A program made the position numbers and the translations under genes. Shown here piece by piece: positions 18,361-28,960 of a stretch of DNA of 64,000 bases. This stretch comes from a virus (Duplodnaviria > Caudoviricetes). Every line of letters begins with the position of its first letter. Positions within the stretch are counted from its first letter, which is position 1. A model generated the notes under the pieces. The model was not told the origin of the DNA and made no database searches. It was given only the letters and a program-made list of their open reading frames with translations. The stretch covers positions 1 to 64,000 of the IMG/VR virus record IMGVR_UViG_2706795985_000001. One strand, given 5' to 3'.

Positions 18361-19202
18361 GCATAAGAAAAGAGAGGAAGGTTACAGGTAATGGATTGGC
18401 TGATTGGTCAACGATCACAAATAAGCCCTCGTCTTTCCCACCTATGCAGCACCCTCATCCCATGAATGATGTAGACGGCCTAATGGGCTGGGTCGATTCT
18501 ATAGAAGCATCAATGCCTGAAAAACTTAGCCAGCTTGTTGATGATATAGGGTTCATGAGGGTATCTGATGGTGTTGATTACTCATCTATCAAAAACACTC
18601 CAAGTCAATTCTCAGGTAAGTACCAAGACATAACTGGTACTCCAGTTCTAGCTCCTGTGGCTTCGTCTGGGAGCTACAATGATCTAACCAACAAGCCAGC
18701 CATACCAACACTCCCAAGCCTCTCCACAGTAGCTCTCAGTGGGTTGTACTCTGATCTTGTGGGTAAGCCAGTAATAAGCTACCCAGTGACATCTGTAAAC
18801 TCAAAGACAGGCACAGTGGTTTTGTCTAGTTCGGATGTTGGAGCAGCCCCGTTAGCTCACACTCATAGCATAGCAAACATCACAGGGCTTCAAGCTACCT
18901 TAGATGGTAAGGCAAACTCTTCCTCGGTAAAGAGACAAGAAACCTTCTCAGGTTTGACAGATTCCTCTGGAAACTACACTGTAGTATTCTCCACGCCATT
19001 CAGCACAGCTCCTAATATTCAGGTTCAGTTGGTCAATGCTGTTCACAATGCGTCTGCTAGAGTTTCCTCTATAAGTGCTAATGGCTTTACTATCAGCGCC
19101 GGATTAAGGGCTTCACTTGTAGTGTTGAACCTAAATGTCTTAGGAGTTGAAGTGACCCCAACGGCAAATCTATCAATTGATGTTCTTGTCACATCAAAAT
19201 AA
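18357..19202 (+). CDS. Fibre-like virion protein
   Basis: Repeated W/Y..I/L..KP motifs, VTSVNSKTG, HTHSIANITGLQATLDGK. Confidence 0.65.
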   Translation: MSIRKERKVTGNGLADWSTITNKPSSFPPMQHPHPMNDVDGLMGWVDSIEASMPEKLSQLVDDIGFMRVSDGVDYSSIKNTPSQFSGKYQDITGTPVLAPVASSGSYNDLTNKPAIPTLPSLSTVALSGLYSDLVGKPVISYPVTSVNSKTGTVVLSSSDVGAAPLAHTHSIANITGLQATLDGKANSSSVKRQETFSGLTDSSGNYTVVFSTPFSTAPNIQVQLVNAVHNASARVSSISANGFTISAGLRASLVVLNLNVLGVEVTPTANLSIDVLVTSK

Positions 19203-19463
19203 TTAAAGGATAACACCATTAGTCTAACACCAAACGAAATGTTGAAAGTTCTGGCGTCTGTCGGTCTTGAGGGCGTCATTGCCAGTGGCTGCTATTACTG
19301 CAACAGCCACAGAAGTAAAAATTCGTGTGTCAGTGTACGGAAGTCAGAACGTACCAATGAAGGGTACAGTGAGAATAAGCCAGCTTGGGGTAATTGTATC
19401 TTAAACTGAGATGAATTATTTATAGAGGTATTGATAAATATTTCAATTAATGTATGCAAATGC

Positions 19464-19491
19464 TTGACAACTAGGAATTTCGTTGTACAAT
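19464..19491 (+). promoter_or_regulatory. Sigma70-like promoter for terL operon; UUCG hairpin in leader (about 19528-19551)
   Basis: TTGACA-16-TACAAT. Confidence 0.7.
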
Positions 19492-19579
19492 AACATACAT
19501 AGGGAGCAATTCCCTAACTTGAAAAACAGGGATGTCCCTTCGGGGACGCCCTATTCACTATTTAAAATGAGGACAGGCA

Positions 19580-22112
19580 ATGGCTGACGATATGGTCTTT
19601 GACTTGGACCCTAACGTTATCGGGCCAAAGTCTAAAAAGCAGTATGACTTCATGCACAGCGAGGCTGATATTACCGTTTTCGGTGGAGCAGCTGGGGCAG
19701 GCAAGAGTTACCTAGGAGTTATGGATTTCCTGAAACACATTCAATACCCAAAATTCAGGGGTTGTATGGTAAGACGTACAACTCCACAGCTGAAAGGTCC
19801 GGGCGGTCTACAAGAGAAAGCCGAAGAACTTTTCAGATTGATTGATCCAAAAGTAAGATGGCGTGATAAAGAACACCACTTTGCATTCTCCAACGGGGCT
19901 AAGATTTATCTCCGTCACTTCGAAAATCCAAAAGACACTGAGAACTTTCAAGGTTGGGAAGTAAACCACTTTCTAGTCGATGAAGGCCAGCAGTTTGAAG
20001 AGATGATGGTGGAATACCTGACATCTCGTATGCGTAACCCTAAGTGTCCTGAAGTAAAACCCCACATGAAGATCACCTGTAACCCTGACTATGGATCTTT
20101 CCTTCGTCACTGGTTAGAATGGTGGCTTGATCCTGACACAGGAATTCCTATTCCTGAACGTGACAGCAAGATCAGGTACTTCCTAAAGCTTGATGGTAAG
20201 ATGGTTTGGGGTGATACAAAAGAGGAGTTAATCGAGAAGTATGGTAAGCCGCATCTAGCTGCAGATCATCAGAACCAAGTTAAACCCCTCAGCTTTAAAT
20301 TCATTGCAGCTAACGTTAATTAATAGCGTCCTTATACAGAAATGTATATTGAAAACCTTGTTAACTCAGGGGATATCCTAACGTAGAGTCGAGGACAATC
20401 CTGAGCGAAGCTCAGAGCATTCTGAGAACGTGCAACGACTATCGAAACCGCAGAGAAATCTGAAAGGGAGTAGAGTAGGGTCAAGTGACTCGAAAAGCAA
20501 GGCATCCTAACCCAAGGGAAGGATGATGATATAGTCTGGTCTGCATGGAAACATGCAGCAGTTCATAAGAGAACGAGGCACGCCTAACGAGCGTAGCTTG
20601 AACACAACGATATGACAACCCCGTCCTATGTAACGCACAGCCCGAATATGTTGGCTGGCTTGAAGGTCTTGGTAGAGTTGAAAAAGAACGCCTGCTTTAC
20701 GGAAGCTGGCTAGCACGTGCTGAAGGCACAGGCTATTTTAAATCACAATGGTGCAACATGGTTACTCAACGCGACATAGCCTCTGTTAAGCGTGTTCGTG
20801 CATGGGATATCAGCGGCTCCGTTCCTTCTGAAACCAATCGTAACCCTGACTGGACTGCTGGCGTCTTAATGAGCCGTAGTAAGCTTGGGACTTATACAGT
20901 TGAAGATGTTGTCAGAGATCGTAAGCGTCATGGCGGCGTCTTTGAACTAATACTTGAAACTGCTAGGCACGATGGTGATGATGTTCAAATTATCATTCCT
21001 TGCGACCCCGGTGCTGCTGGTAAAGCTTATGCTGCACAGTTAATCCGTGACCTTGCCGATCAAGGTTTCTACGCAAGAATGAAACAAACTAACAAGTCAA
21101 AAGTTACTCGATTTGCCCCCTTTGCAGCCATTGCTGAAGCTGGTAGTGTTGAGATTATTGAGTCAGACTGGACCAAGGACTACCTTCTAGAGCTTGAACG
21201 TTTTGATGGTAGCAAGAATATTAAAGACGATTAACAAACTGGTTGTCTATAAACTCATTGAATTCGGTGAACACCTCCAGCAAATGTTGTAGGCAATACC
21301 GAGCCAAGCCCACGAAGTGGGAAGGTGTAACGACTATTATGTAGCCCTCAAGTGAGGTCGAAGCAGTGAGCAACGGAGACGTTGAAGAGATAGTCTACTC
21401 TGCATAGTGATATGCAGCACTCATAATTTATAGGAGAATTTCTATGGAAAAGTATATTTCTAATGGTGGACATGAATTTGTAATTCTAAGTCAACAAGGC
21501 AAAAATTGTGTAATCCAGTTCACTAACACTGGTTGGGTACGCAAGGCTAATATCGACAACATTAAGGCTGGCAAGGTTAAAGATTTATTTGAACCTTCTG
21601 TCTACGGTGTTGGTTACTACGGAGAATTTGAAAAGAACTCCTATTGGAAGCAGGCAAAACAACTCTGGCAGAATATGCACAAGCGTTGCTATTGTGAGAA
21701 AGACTTGAAAGGTTACTTTGGAGAGGCTTTCGTATCCAGAGACTGGCACTGTTTTTCAAACTTCCTTAGTGATATTAGTAAACTCAAAAACTTTGATCTA
21801 TGGCTTAAAGGCCAAAATGGTGAGAGTTTAAAGTATAACCTTGACAAAGATTTATTGATTGCTGGTTGTAAAGTCTACAGCAAAGAAACTTGCCAATTTG
21901 TAAGTGAGTCTGAAAATAAAGCAGATGGAGCTACAAGGGGCAAGCCATATACCAAGAAAACAAGAGTGGCTAAGGAGTAACGACCCTTGGTTAATATATT
22001 GCAGGTCGATGCAACATCAGACGCTTTCCACGCTTTGTCATCTGAGCAGTATCTTCCAGACTTCTCAGTTCCAACAATGACTCAATCCAATCCATTTGCA
22101 TTTTACAGATAA
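19580..22112 (+). CDS. terL: Terminase large subunit, spliced: 19580-20316 + 20610-21231 + 22002-22112 (489 aa)
   Basis: GGAAGAGKS Walker A, LVDEG Walker B; splicing restores ANVYDNP and KDD|QVDATSDAF nuclease motif. Confidence 0.92.
20317..20609 (+). mobile_element. Group I intron terL-I1 (293 nt, no ORF)
   Basis: P1 ACGU/GCGU with U.G at 5' splice site; GACAATCCTGAGCGAAG, CAACGACTATC, GATATAGTC cores; terminal G20609; joined frame open. Confidence 0.92.
21232..22001 (+). mobile_element. Group I intron terL-I2 (770 nt) carrying an endonuclease ORF
   Basis: P1 GACGAU/GUUGUC; AATACCGAGCCAAG, TAACGACTA, GAGATAGTC; terminal G22001. Confidence 0.92.
21444..21980 (+). CDS. Intron-encoded HNH-type homing endonuclease
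   Basis: VYGVGY...WQNMHKRCY...WHCFSNF...LDKDLL...YSKETCQFV; AGGAG RBS. Confidence 0.85.
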   Translation: MEKYISNGGHEFVILSQQGKNCVIQFTNTGWVRKANIDNIKAGKVKDLFEPSVYGVGYYGEFEKNSYWKQAKQLWQNMHKRCYCEKDLKGYFGEAFVSRDWHCFSNFLSDISKLKNFDLWLKGQNGESLKYNLDKDLLIAGCKVYSKETCQFVSESENKADGATRGKPYTKKTRVAKE

Positions 22113-22120
22113 GGACAATC

Positions 22121-23986
22121 ATGGCCAAGAGAACAAAGATTGAAAAAGTTGCCACTCCGATGCCCCGTCTTCGTCTAGGTGAGATTGGTAGTGTTGGCCT
22201 AAAACAGTATGGCGGCCATGTTGCAGAAGAGCAACGTAGGGAACTTCAGTTTCCAGAGGCTTGCAGAACATTCCGTACAATGGCACAAGATGCCACGATC
22301 AAGTCAGCCATCTCTCTAGTAGAAATGATGATCAGTCGAGTTGACTGGACAATCAACCTTGGTGTTGGACCAGATGCAGCTATGAAGGCCCGTGGTGAAT
22401 TCCTTGAATCTGTAATCCATGATATGGATCATAGCTTTGATGACTTCATCAGAGAAGTGACCAGCATGTACACTTATGGATTTTCTGTTCATGAGAAAGT
22501 TTACCGTCGCAGAACATTTGAAGCTGGGTCTTCCTACAATGACAACAAGATAGGCATCAAGAAGCTACCTGTTCGCTCTCAGGACACGATCTCTCGCTGG
22601 GTATACAGTGATGACGGTAGAGACCTTATAGGTCTAGAACAGAACCTAGCGGGCATTCAGGGCGGAGACAGGTACGCCAACATGGTCAACCTCTCTTCTA
22701 ATGGGATCATTCAGATTCCTAGAAAGAAGTTTATGCTATTTCGTGTAGATGCTAAGCGTGACAACCCTGAGGGTAACAGTCCTCTACGTGGTTGCTATAA
22801 TGCTTGGCTATTCCGTAGGCAGATTGAAGAACAAGAAGCCATTGGTGTTACGCGTTGACTTTAGTCACACACCACTAACAAAAGTGAATAGCGCCTTCAG
22901 TTAGAAATGACTGTCGAATAAATCTCTTAATTGCTGGAAACTCCTTAGAGCCTTGAATACCGAAGTGTGACAATTTCAAGGATTGGACAATCAGCAGCGA
23001 AGCGCATGTGCCCTCCTGAATAACTCAGTAAGGAGTAAGACATATGATAAAATACCCAGAATCAAGAAACACTGGGTACATGCGAACGTTCAACGACTAT
23101 CCCGCAAGGGAGTAGGGCCAAGTGGCTCGAAATAGAGGTCATCCTACTAATGAGGATGGTGATATAGTCTGGTCTTATGTGAGAGCATAAGCAGTAGGTT
23201 TCTGGCATAGAGCTTACGGGTAGTGTCTAACGAGCACTATTGAACAACACGGATATGAACGGTATGCCAACTTTGTATCTTCCTCCACGCTATATGAGCG
23301 AGGATGCTTCTGATAGTGAGAAGGCAATCTTTGAATACTATAAGAACGTCATTCGTAACATCCAAATGAATGAGCAATCTGGTCTTATCTTGCCACAAGC
23401 ATTTGACCCAGAAAGCCGTCAACCACTCTTCAAGTTTGAACTGACTTCCACGCAAGGTGGGAAGATGTATGACACAGACGTAATCATCAAACGCTGGGAT
23501 AACAAAATCCTACAAGTTTTGTTTGCTGATATGTTGAAGATGGGTCAGGACCAAGTTGGATCTTACTCGCTGGCCGGGGCAAAAACAAATATTATGGCGA
23601 TGGCTATTGAAGCCCGTCTTAAAGAGATTCAAGACACCCTCAACAACGATTTGATTCCACAATTGTTTGCACTTAATGGGGAAACCCTGACAGCCAAACA
23701 ACTGCCTAAACTGCAGTATGGTGATCTTGACGAAGTTGACTTGGATGAATTCTCTAAAGCAATCCAACGTATGGGTAGTGTTGGTGCTCTTGAACTTGAC
23801 CGTCCTATGGCGAACAAGATTCGTGAAAGCATTAAAGTTGTGCCTAAGAAAGACGACGAACCAGTTGACAAAGAAGAGATCATGGGAGGCGACAGCCAAG
23901 CAGGTGACGGAATGGCAGCAGGCGGTGGTAATGGTGCTTCGAGTAATGCCTCATCAAGAGACAACGCTGCTGCCAATAACGCATAG
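22121..23986 (+). CDS. Portal protein, spliced: 22121-22855 + 23252-23986 (489 aa)
   Basis: Follows terL; NPEGNSPLRG...EAIGVTR|DMNGMP...QVGSYSL; frames join exactly. Confidence 0.9.
22856..23251 (+). mobile_element. Group I intron in portal gene (396 nt, no ORF)
   Basis: AATTGCTGGAAACTCC, GACAATCAGCAGCGAAG, GTTCAACGACTA, GATATAGTC; terminal G23251. Confidence 0.92.
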
Positions 23987-23994
23987 GAGTTAAT

Positions 23995-24444
23995 ATGACA
24001 CTAGTTGAAGCAATTGCTGATCTGATTGAGAAACACTTCGGGGGTTCGAAAGAATCTCCAGAGGCTGTAGAAGTTACCAAAGCTTTAGATGTTGAGGACC
24101 GTAAGGCCCTTTTCGTCGTACTTGAACCTGACTGTGTTGACCTCCATGGAGACACCTACACACTTAGGGAAGTCGAGAAAGCCTGCGACAACTTCAACGA
24201 ACATTGCCGTGTTGCGAACATGTTCCACCAAGTAGAAACAAAAGAAGCTACTATCGTTCAATCATTTACTTCCCCTGCAACCTTTACCACTGATACTGGT
24301 GTTGAAATTCAGAAAGGTACTTGGTTGCAATGGTGGCAGTTTCCTGAAACAGAGATTGGCGAGGCATTGTGGCAAGGCGTTAAATCTGGCGAATTCACTG
24401 GAGTATCCATTGGAGCACTTGCTATCGCAGAGGACTTAGAATGA
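23995..24444 (+). CDS. Prohead protease (XkdF-like)
   Basis: VLEPDCVDLHGD...NMFH...GTW...FTGVSIG; position after portal. Confidence 0.75.
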   Translation: MTLVEAIADLIEKHFGGSKESPEAVEVTKALDVEDRKALFVVLEPDCVDLHGDTYTLREVEKACDNFNEHCRVANMFHQVETKEATIVQSFTSPATFTTDTGVEIQKGTWLQWWQFPETEIGEALWQGVKSGEFTGVSIGALAIAEDLE

Positions 24445-25355
24445 CTATCAAAGCAAAACGTCGTCTTAGTGATATTAGCTTTACTCATGAAGGTGCACAT
24501 GTTGCCCTAGTGAGTAAAGGACAAGGTGGTGCAGCTAATGGCTATACTACACTAGTAACTAAGGCCACAGACAAGATCGAAAAAGAGTTTATCGACAAAG
24601 CTACCAAGGTAACTGTCGAACTACAATTTCCTGAATTCCTTCGTAAGTTCTTCGGAATGTACTGGGACGATGCAGAAGTTCTTTCTGTAGCGATGGGTTA
24701 TGGACGTACAGAGTATGAAGATGCAGACGTTAAAGACTGGATTGACCAGAAGGTTGAATCTATCAGCATCCTAAAATCTGTATACCGTGCCCCAGACTTG
24801 GAGAAGGCGCTCGCTGACCTTACTCCAGAACAATCTGTAGCTATCTTGAAAGACCAAGAGATGCTAGAAAAAGCTCTGGAGAATCTGCCAGAACAAACCA
24901 AAATTAAACATGAGGACACTCCCTTGGAAACAATTCTAAAATCTGCACACATCGAAGCTCTGGCTGACGCCGTTGCCGTAGAAAAAGCTGCTAGCTCTAA
25001 AGCTGTAGTTGAAATTCAAAAAGCCCTTGACGCTCAGGCTGTAGTTCTAAAAGCTGCTCAAGACCAACTTGCTGTTTACGAAGCTGTTGCAGCCACCGCA
25101 AAAGTAGAAGCTCGCAAAGCTGCTGTTGTAGACGCTAAAGTTCCTGCTGATAAAGTTGAATCTGTTCTCAAGTCTCTTGAGTCCCTGAGCGACGAAGCTT
25201 TCACATCGACAGTTGAAACAATGAAGTCCTTGGCTTCTGTTGTAGATAACTCTGACATGATGCAAGAAGCTGGCGTAGCTGGTTCAGGTGCTGAATCTCA
25301 GAAAGAAATTGACCGCACTACTGAAATTCTTAAAGCCCGTTACGGTTCTAAGTAA
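24441..25355 (+). CDS. Scaffolding protein
   Basis: HVALV..QGGAANG N-terminus, Ala/Lys/Glu-rich helical C-terminus; position. Confidence 0.65.
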   Translation: MTIKAKRRLSDISFTHEGAHVALVSKGQGGAANGYTTLVTKATDKIEKEFIDKATKVTVELQFPEFLRKFFGMYWDDAEVLSVAMGYGRTEYEDADVKDWIDQKVESISILKSVYRAPDLEKALADLTPEQSVAILKDQEMLEKALENLPEQTKIKHEDTPLETILKSAHIEALADAVAVEKAASSKAVVEIQKALDAQAVVLKAAQDQLAVYEAVAATAKVEARKAAVVDAKVPADKVESVLKSLESLSDEAFTSTVETMKSLASVVDNSDMMQEAGVAGSGAESQKEIDRTTEILKARYGSK

Positions 25356-25380
25356 TTAACCCCCTATAGGAGATTTACAA

Positions 25381-25767
25381 ATGGCACAATACGCTGCTGA
25401 TGTACAACGTCTAAGTAACTGGCTGGTATATGAAGAAGAGCCTGCTTCGGGTGTAACCCGTGAAGTTCTTCTGAAGTCTGCTGTCGACGCAACTATCACA
25501 GGTTCTGTACTAGACAGCACTGGTAAGCTGGTTGTAGCTGATACTCTGGCTGACGCAACATACATTCTTATTGACGACCTGACTCGTCCTGCTGCTGCTG
25601 AATACCCTCGCGTATTGGTGTTGGCACGTGGTCACGCTAAAGTTGGTAAGAAAGCTCTGATCTTTGGTTCTGATGTAACAACTGATACACAGAAACAAAC
25701 TGCTTTTGACAAGCTGGCAACGAAGAACATCTTCGCTGTTGATCAACTTACCTACAACAACATCTAA
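25381..25767 (+). CDS. Head decoration protein
   Basis: 128 aa directly before MCP; VLARGHAKV. Confidence 0.65.
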   Translation: MAQYAADVQRLSNWLVYEEEPASGVTREVLLKSAVDATITGSVLDSTGKLVVADTLADATYILIDDLTRPAAAEYPRVLVLARGHAKVGKKALIFGSDVTTDTQKQTAFDKLATKNIFAVDQLTYNNI

Positions 25768-25777
25768 GGAGGACTAA

Positions 25778-26839
25778 ATGTCTAACCAAGTACAACTGGC
25801 TAAGCAAGCTGTCCGTAGTTACGCTAACAACAACTACGAGTACACCGACCTGTCTGCCCCACTGATGATTATCCCTAATGACTGGTTCCTAGGAACTCAG
25901 CTGGGAATCTTCGGAATGGACACAACAAACCAAGAAACTATCACCATCGAAGAAATCAAGACTGGTTACGGCCTGATCAAAGATGTTCATCGTGGTGCTC
26001 GTCACACTGTGATCAGTGATCCTACTCGTAAAACGCATGCATTTGCGATTCCTCACTTCACTCTCGATGCTTCTATCACTCCACGTGATATCCAAGGTAA
26101 GCGTGCATTTGGTGTTGACCAGCTGGAAACAATGGCTGCTGTCCGTGCTCGTAAACTGGAAGTGATTCGTAAGTCTTGGGCTGCAACTCACGAAGCAGCT
26201 ATCTGGCACACAATCCGTACTGGTACTGCTTACGCTCCTAACGGAAACGTAACTTACGACTGGTACACTGAGTTTGGTGCTCAACGTAAAGTTGTAGACT
26301 TCGAGCTGAATACTGCTACAACAGATATCATCGCTAAGACTGAAGAAGTTTTTGCTTCGATCCAAGACAACGCCCTAGACGGTACAATCCGTTCTGACGT
26401 TTGGGCTGTAGCTTCTCCAGAGTTCTTCTCTAAGCTGATCTCTCACCCAACAATGAAAGCTCTGTGGCTGGCTTACCAACAGTCTCCACAAATCCTTCGT
26501 GACCGTCTGCAAGCCCGTGGCTACGATGCCCGTTACCGTGAATTCACTATCGGTAATATCACATACATCGAAAACCGTGGTATTGATCCAACAGGCGCTC
26601 GCCACATCCCAGCTGGTGATGCTTACTTCTTCCCAGCAGATGTTGGTGATGGCTTCAACTTTGTGCAGTACTTTGGACCAGCAGATCACTTTGACTACGT
26701 TAACACCCAAGGTCAAGAGCTCTACGCTTTTGAATACGGAGATAACCGTGGACAGATGATCGAAATCCAAACTGAATCCAACTTCCTGAACGTGCTTCGC
26801 CGTCCACAGTTGATCGTAAGAGGCACTGTTGGTGCCTAA
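25778..26839 (+). CDS. Major capsid protein
   Basis: 353 aa, strong codon bias, FAIPHF...QTESNFLNVLRRP. Confidence 0.9.
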   Translation: MSNQVQLAKQAVRSYANNNYEYTDLSAPLMIIPNDWFLGTQLGIFGMDTTNQETITIEEIKTGYGLIKDVHRGARHTVISDPTRKTHAFAIPHFTLDASITPRDIQGKRAFGVDQLETMAAVRARKLEVIRKSWAATHEAAIWHTIRTGTAYAPNGNVTYDWYTEFGAQRKVVDFELNTATTDIIAKTEEVFASIQDNALDGTIRSDVWAVASPEFFSKLISHPTMKALWLAYQQSPQILRDRLQARGYDARYREFTIGNITYIENRGIDPTGARHIPAGDAYFFPADVGDGFNFVQYFGPADHFDYVNTQGQELYAFEYGDNRGQMIEIQTESNFLNVLRRPQLIVRGTVGA

Positions 26840-26848
26840 TTAGAATTA

Positions 26849-26878
26849 GGGCGAGCGGTTTTGCTCGCCCTTTTCTTT
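26849..26878 (+). terminator. Terminator after MCP
   Basis: GGGCGAGC-loop-GCTCGCCCTTTTCTTT. Confidence 0.85.
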
Positions 26879-26895
26879 GCTTAGGAGACTACAAA

Positions 26896-27378
26896 ATGTC
26901 TTACTCTGGATCGCCAAGTACTAGTGCCACTGACCGAGTTCGTTTGAACGTAGGTGATATCTGGCCTGATATGGAATGGCTTCACGATGAAGATTATCAG
27001 TATTTCATCGACAAGAACAACGGAAATGAGAATCGAGCTACTCTAGACGCAGCCCGTGCCTTATTATTCGCACTCTCTCGTTTCACACGTGAGCGTACAG
27101 GAGACATTGAGGTTTATGGTGGAGACATCTTCTCCAACTACCTTAAAGCTCTACAACTGATCCTTAAAGACCCTAACATCGCAATCAGTTTGGCTATCCC
27201 CTACGCTGGAGGTATCAGCAGAGAGGATATGCATGAAAACAGAGTCAATTTTGATAACAACAGTGTACTTGTTGCTACTGAACGTTCCTACCTGAAACTG
27301 GGATGTGGGAGTTGGCAGTATAACTACGATGCACTTAATTGTCAAACGGCAGGTGGTGGTCATGGGCTTCAGTTTTAA
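26896..27378 (+). CDS. Head-tail adaptor
   Basis: DRVRLNVGD...L.DEDY; position. Confidence 0.6.
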   Translation: MSYSGSPSTSATDRVRLNVGDIWPDMEWLHDEDYQYFIDKNNGNENRATLDAARALLFALSRFTRERTGDIEVYGGDIFSNYLKALQLILKDPNIAISLAIPYAGGISREDMHENRVNFDNNSVLVATERSYLKLGCGSWQYNYDALNCQTAGGGHGLQF

Positions 27379-27829
27379 ATTTGAAAGCAAGATACCAGCC
27401 CTTGTAAAAAGGCTGGACAAATTAAATGGTATGGAAGTCGAAGTTGGTTTCTTTGAAGAGGACAGATATGGTCCTGAGAATCACAATTTGCCTGTAGCCA
27501 CAGTGGCTGCTTATAACGAGTTCGGTACTAGGTTCAACCCACAAAGACCCTTTATGTCTGATACATTCTCAGAGAATATGAACCAGTTGTTCATTGCGAG
27601 AGGTATGAGGTCAGTGTTCAATGATGTTCTGAAGGGAAGCTCAGCGAGCGTTAGATTGCTTAACAGCCTAGGCAGGTTAACTGGCGAGCTTATGCAAATT
27701 AGCATACAGCAATACGCCGCAGCAGGCGGTAACTCTTCTGCAACTATCAAGTTAAAAGGTGGCAGAGACACACCACTTATAGATACTGGCAAGATGATTG
27801 AGTCTGTCAGATTCCATGTCCACAGATAA
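27362..27829 (+). CDS. Neck/tail completion protein (start likely ATG 27362)
   Basis: VEVGFF...AAYNEFG...RPFM...PLIDTGKM. Confidence 0.65.
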   Translation: MGFSFKFESKIPALVKRLDKLNGMEVEVGFFEEDRYGPENHNLPVATVAAYNEFGTRFNPQRPFMSDTFSENMNQLFIARGMRSVFNDVLKGSSASVRLLNSLGRLTGELMQISIQQYAAAGGNSSATIKLKGGRDTPLIDTGKMIESVRFHVHR

Positions 27830-27839
27830 GGAGTAATAT

Positions 27840-28208
27840 ATGCTAAATCCTCCGTTACTCCTGACTGGCAGAGTAAAACTACAAGTTATCAGACGAGAGT
27901 CAGAGACTATTGTTAGAGGCCGTCCAGTTGACGGTTTGGAAAGTGTTGTTGAGGTTGTGTGCAATGTACAGCCTATCCTTAAATCAACTGACACTTCGAT
28001 GCTACCCGAAGCTGACCGTTCCAAAGCTGCAATTAAAGTATACACAAATGGTGCAGCACTAAGGCAGAGAAAGGAAGGAGTTGGGGGTTGGGCAGCAGAT
28101 AGATTCTATTGGCAACAAGAGTTATATGAGGTATTAAAAGTAATAAACTACGACATAGGAATTTTGTCGCACTACAAGGCGATTTGCTTTAGGGTGGAGT
28201 TGACATGA
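27840..28208 (+). CDS. Head closure protein
   Basis: NVQP...LPE...KVYT...ADRF; position. Confidence 0.6.
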   Translation: MLNPPLLLTGRVKLQVIRRESETIVRGRPVDGLESVVEVVCNVQPILKSTDTSMLPEADRSKAAIKVYTNGAALRQRKEGVGGWAADRFYWQQELYEVLKVINYDIGILSHYKAICFRVELT

Positions 28209-28960
28209 TTAACATTGGAGATACTTTTGGGTATTTAACTGTAACTTCAAGCATACCAAGAGAGTTGCAAAGATATACAAAATCTGGGGCAAAGAATGGT
28301 AAGAGAGTTTTCTACGAATGTGCTTGTAGGTGTGGCAAAGCCTTGGAAGTTGATATCTGTAACCTTAGGCTTGGAGGTAGCTGTGGATGTTTGAGGACCG
28401 AGAATGCCCAAATCACCAAAAAGGCTAAGTATGATTTGTCTGGTATGTCCTTCGGAAGGCTGACAGTTTTAAAGAGGGTTGAGCCTAAATCTAAGATGTG
28501 GTTATGCAGGTGCTCTTGTAAAAACCACGTAGAAGTACAAGGTGCGAGATTGTCATCTGGCGATGTGTCAAGTTGTGGCTGCCTAGCAAGAGAGACTAGC
28601 AAGTATAACGGTGAAGCCACCGGGCGTAAATTTAGAGCTTTAGCTAATTTACCTCTAGACCAAAAAATAACAACAGATAACGAAGAGCAGCGTAAGTTGT
28701 TCAAGCCACTTTCAAAAGAAGTCCTCTTACGTGATGATTTTACCTGTTCTTGGTGCTCTAAGATTGGCGGGAATTTGAATGTACACCATATCGAGCTGTG
28801 GTCTGTAAAACCTGATCGCAGGTTCGATAGGACAAATTTGGTGACATTGTGCAAACCTTGTCACCTGACTGTACACAAGAATAACTTCCATGGAGAGCCT
28901 GACCCAATAATGAGTATCCTCCTTGAAGGCTACGCCAAGTACATGGAGGAGTTAACCTGA
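28205..28960 (+). CDS. Free-standing HNH endonuclease
   Basis: Two C.C.CG...SCGC modules; RDDFTCSWC...NVHHI...NLVTLCKPCH..VH. Confidence 0.85.
   Translation: MINIGDTFGYLTVTSSIPRELQRYTKSGAKNGKRVFYECACRCGKALEVDICNLRLGGSCGCLRTENAQITKKAKYDLSGMSFGRLTVLKRVEPKSKMWLCRCSCKNHVEVQGARLSSGDVSSCGCLARETSKYNGEATGRKFRALANLPLDQKITTDNEEQRKLFKPLSKEVLLRDDFTCSWCSKIGGNLNVHHIELWSVKPDRRFDRTNLVTLCKPCHLTVHKNNFHGEPDPIMSILLEGYAKYMEELT

Noticed and set aside
20507-20716. Minus-strand ORFs over introns and exons (20507-20716, 23237-23455)
   Set aside because: Shadows of intron core and exon sequence
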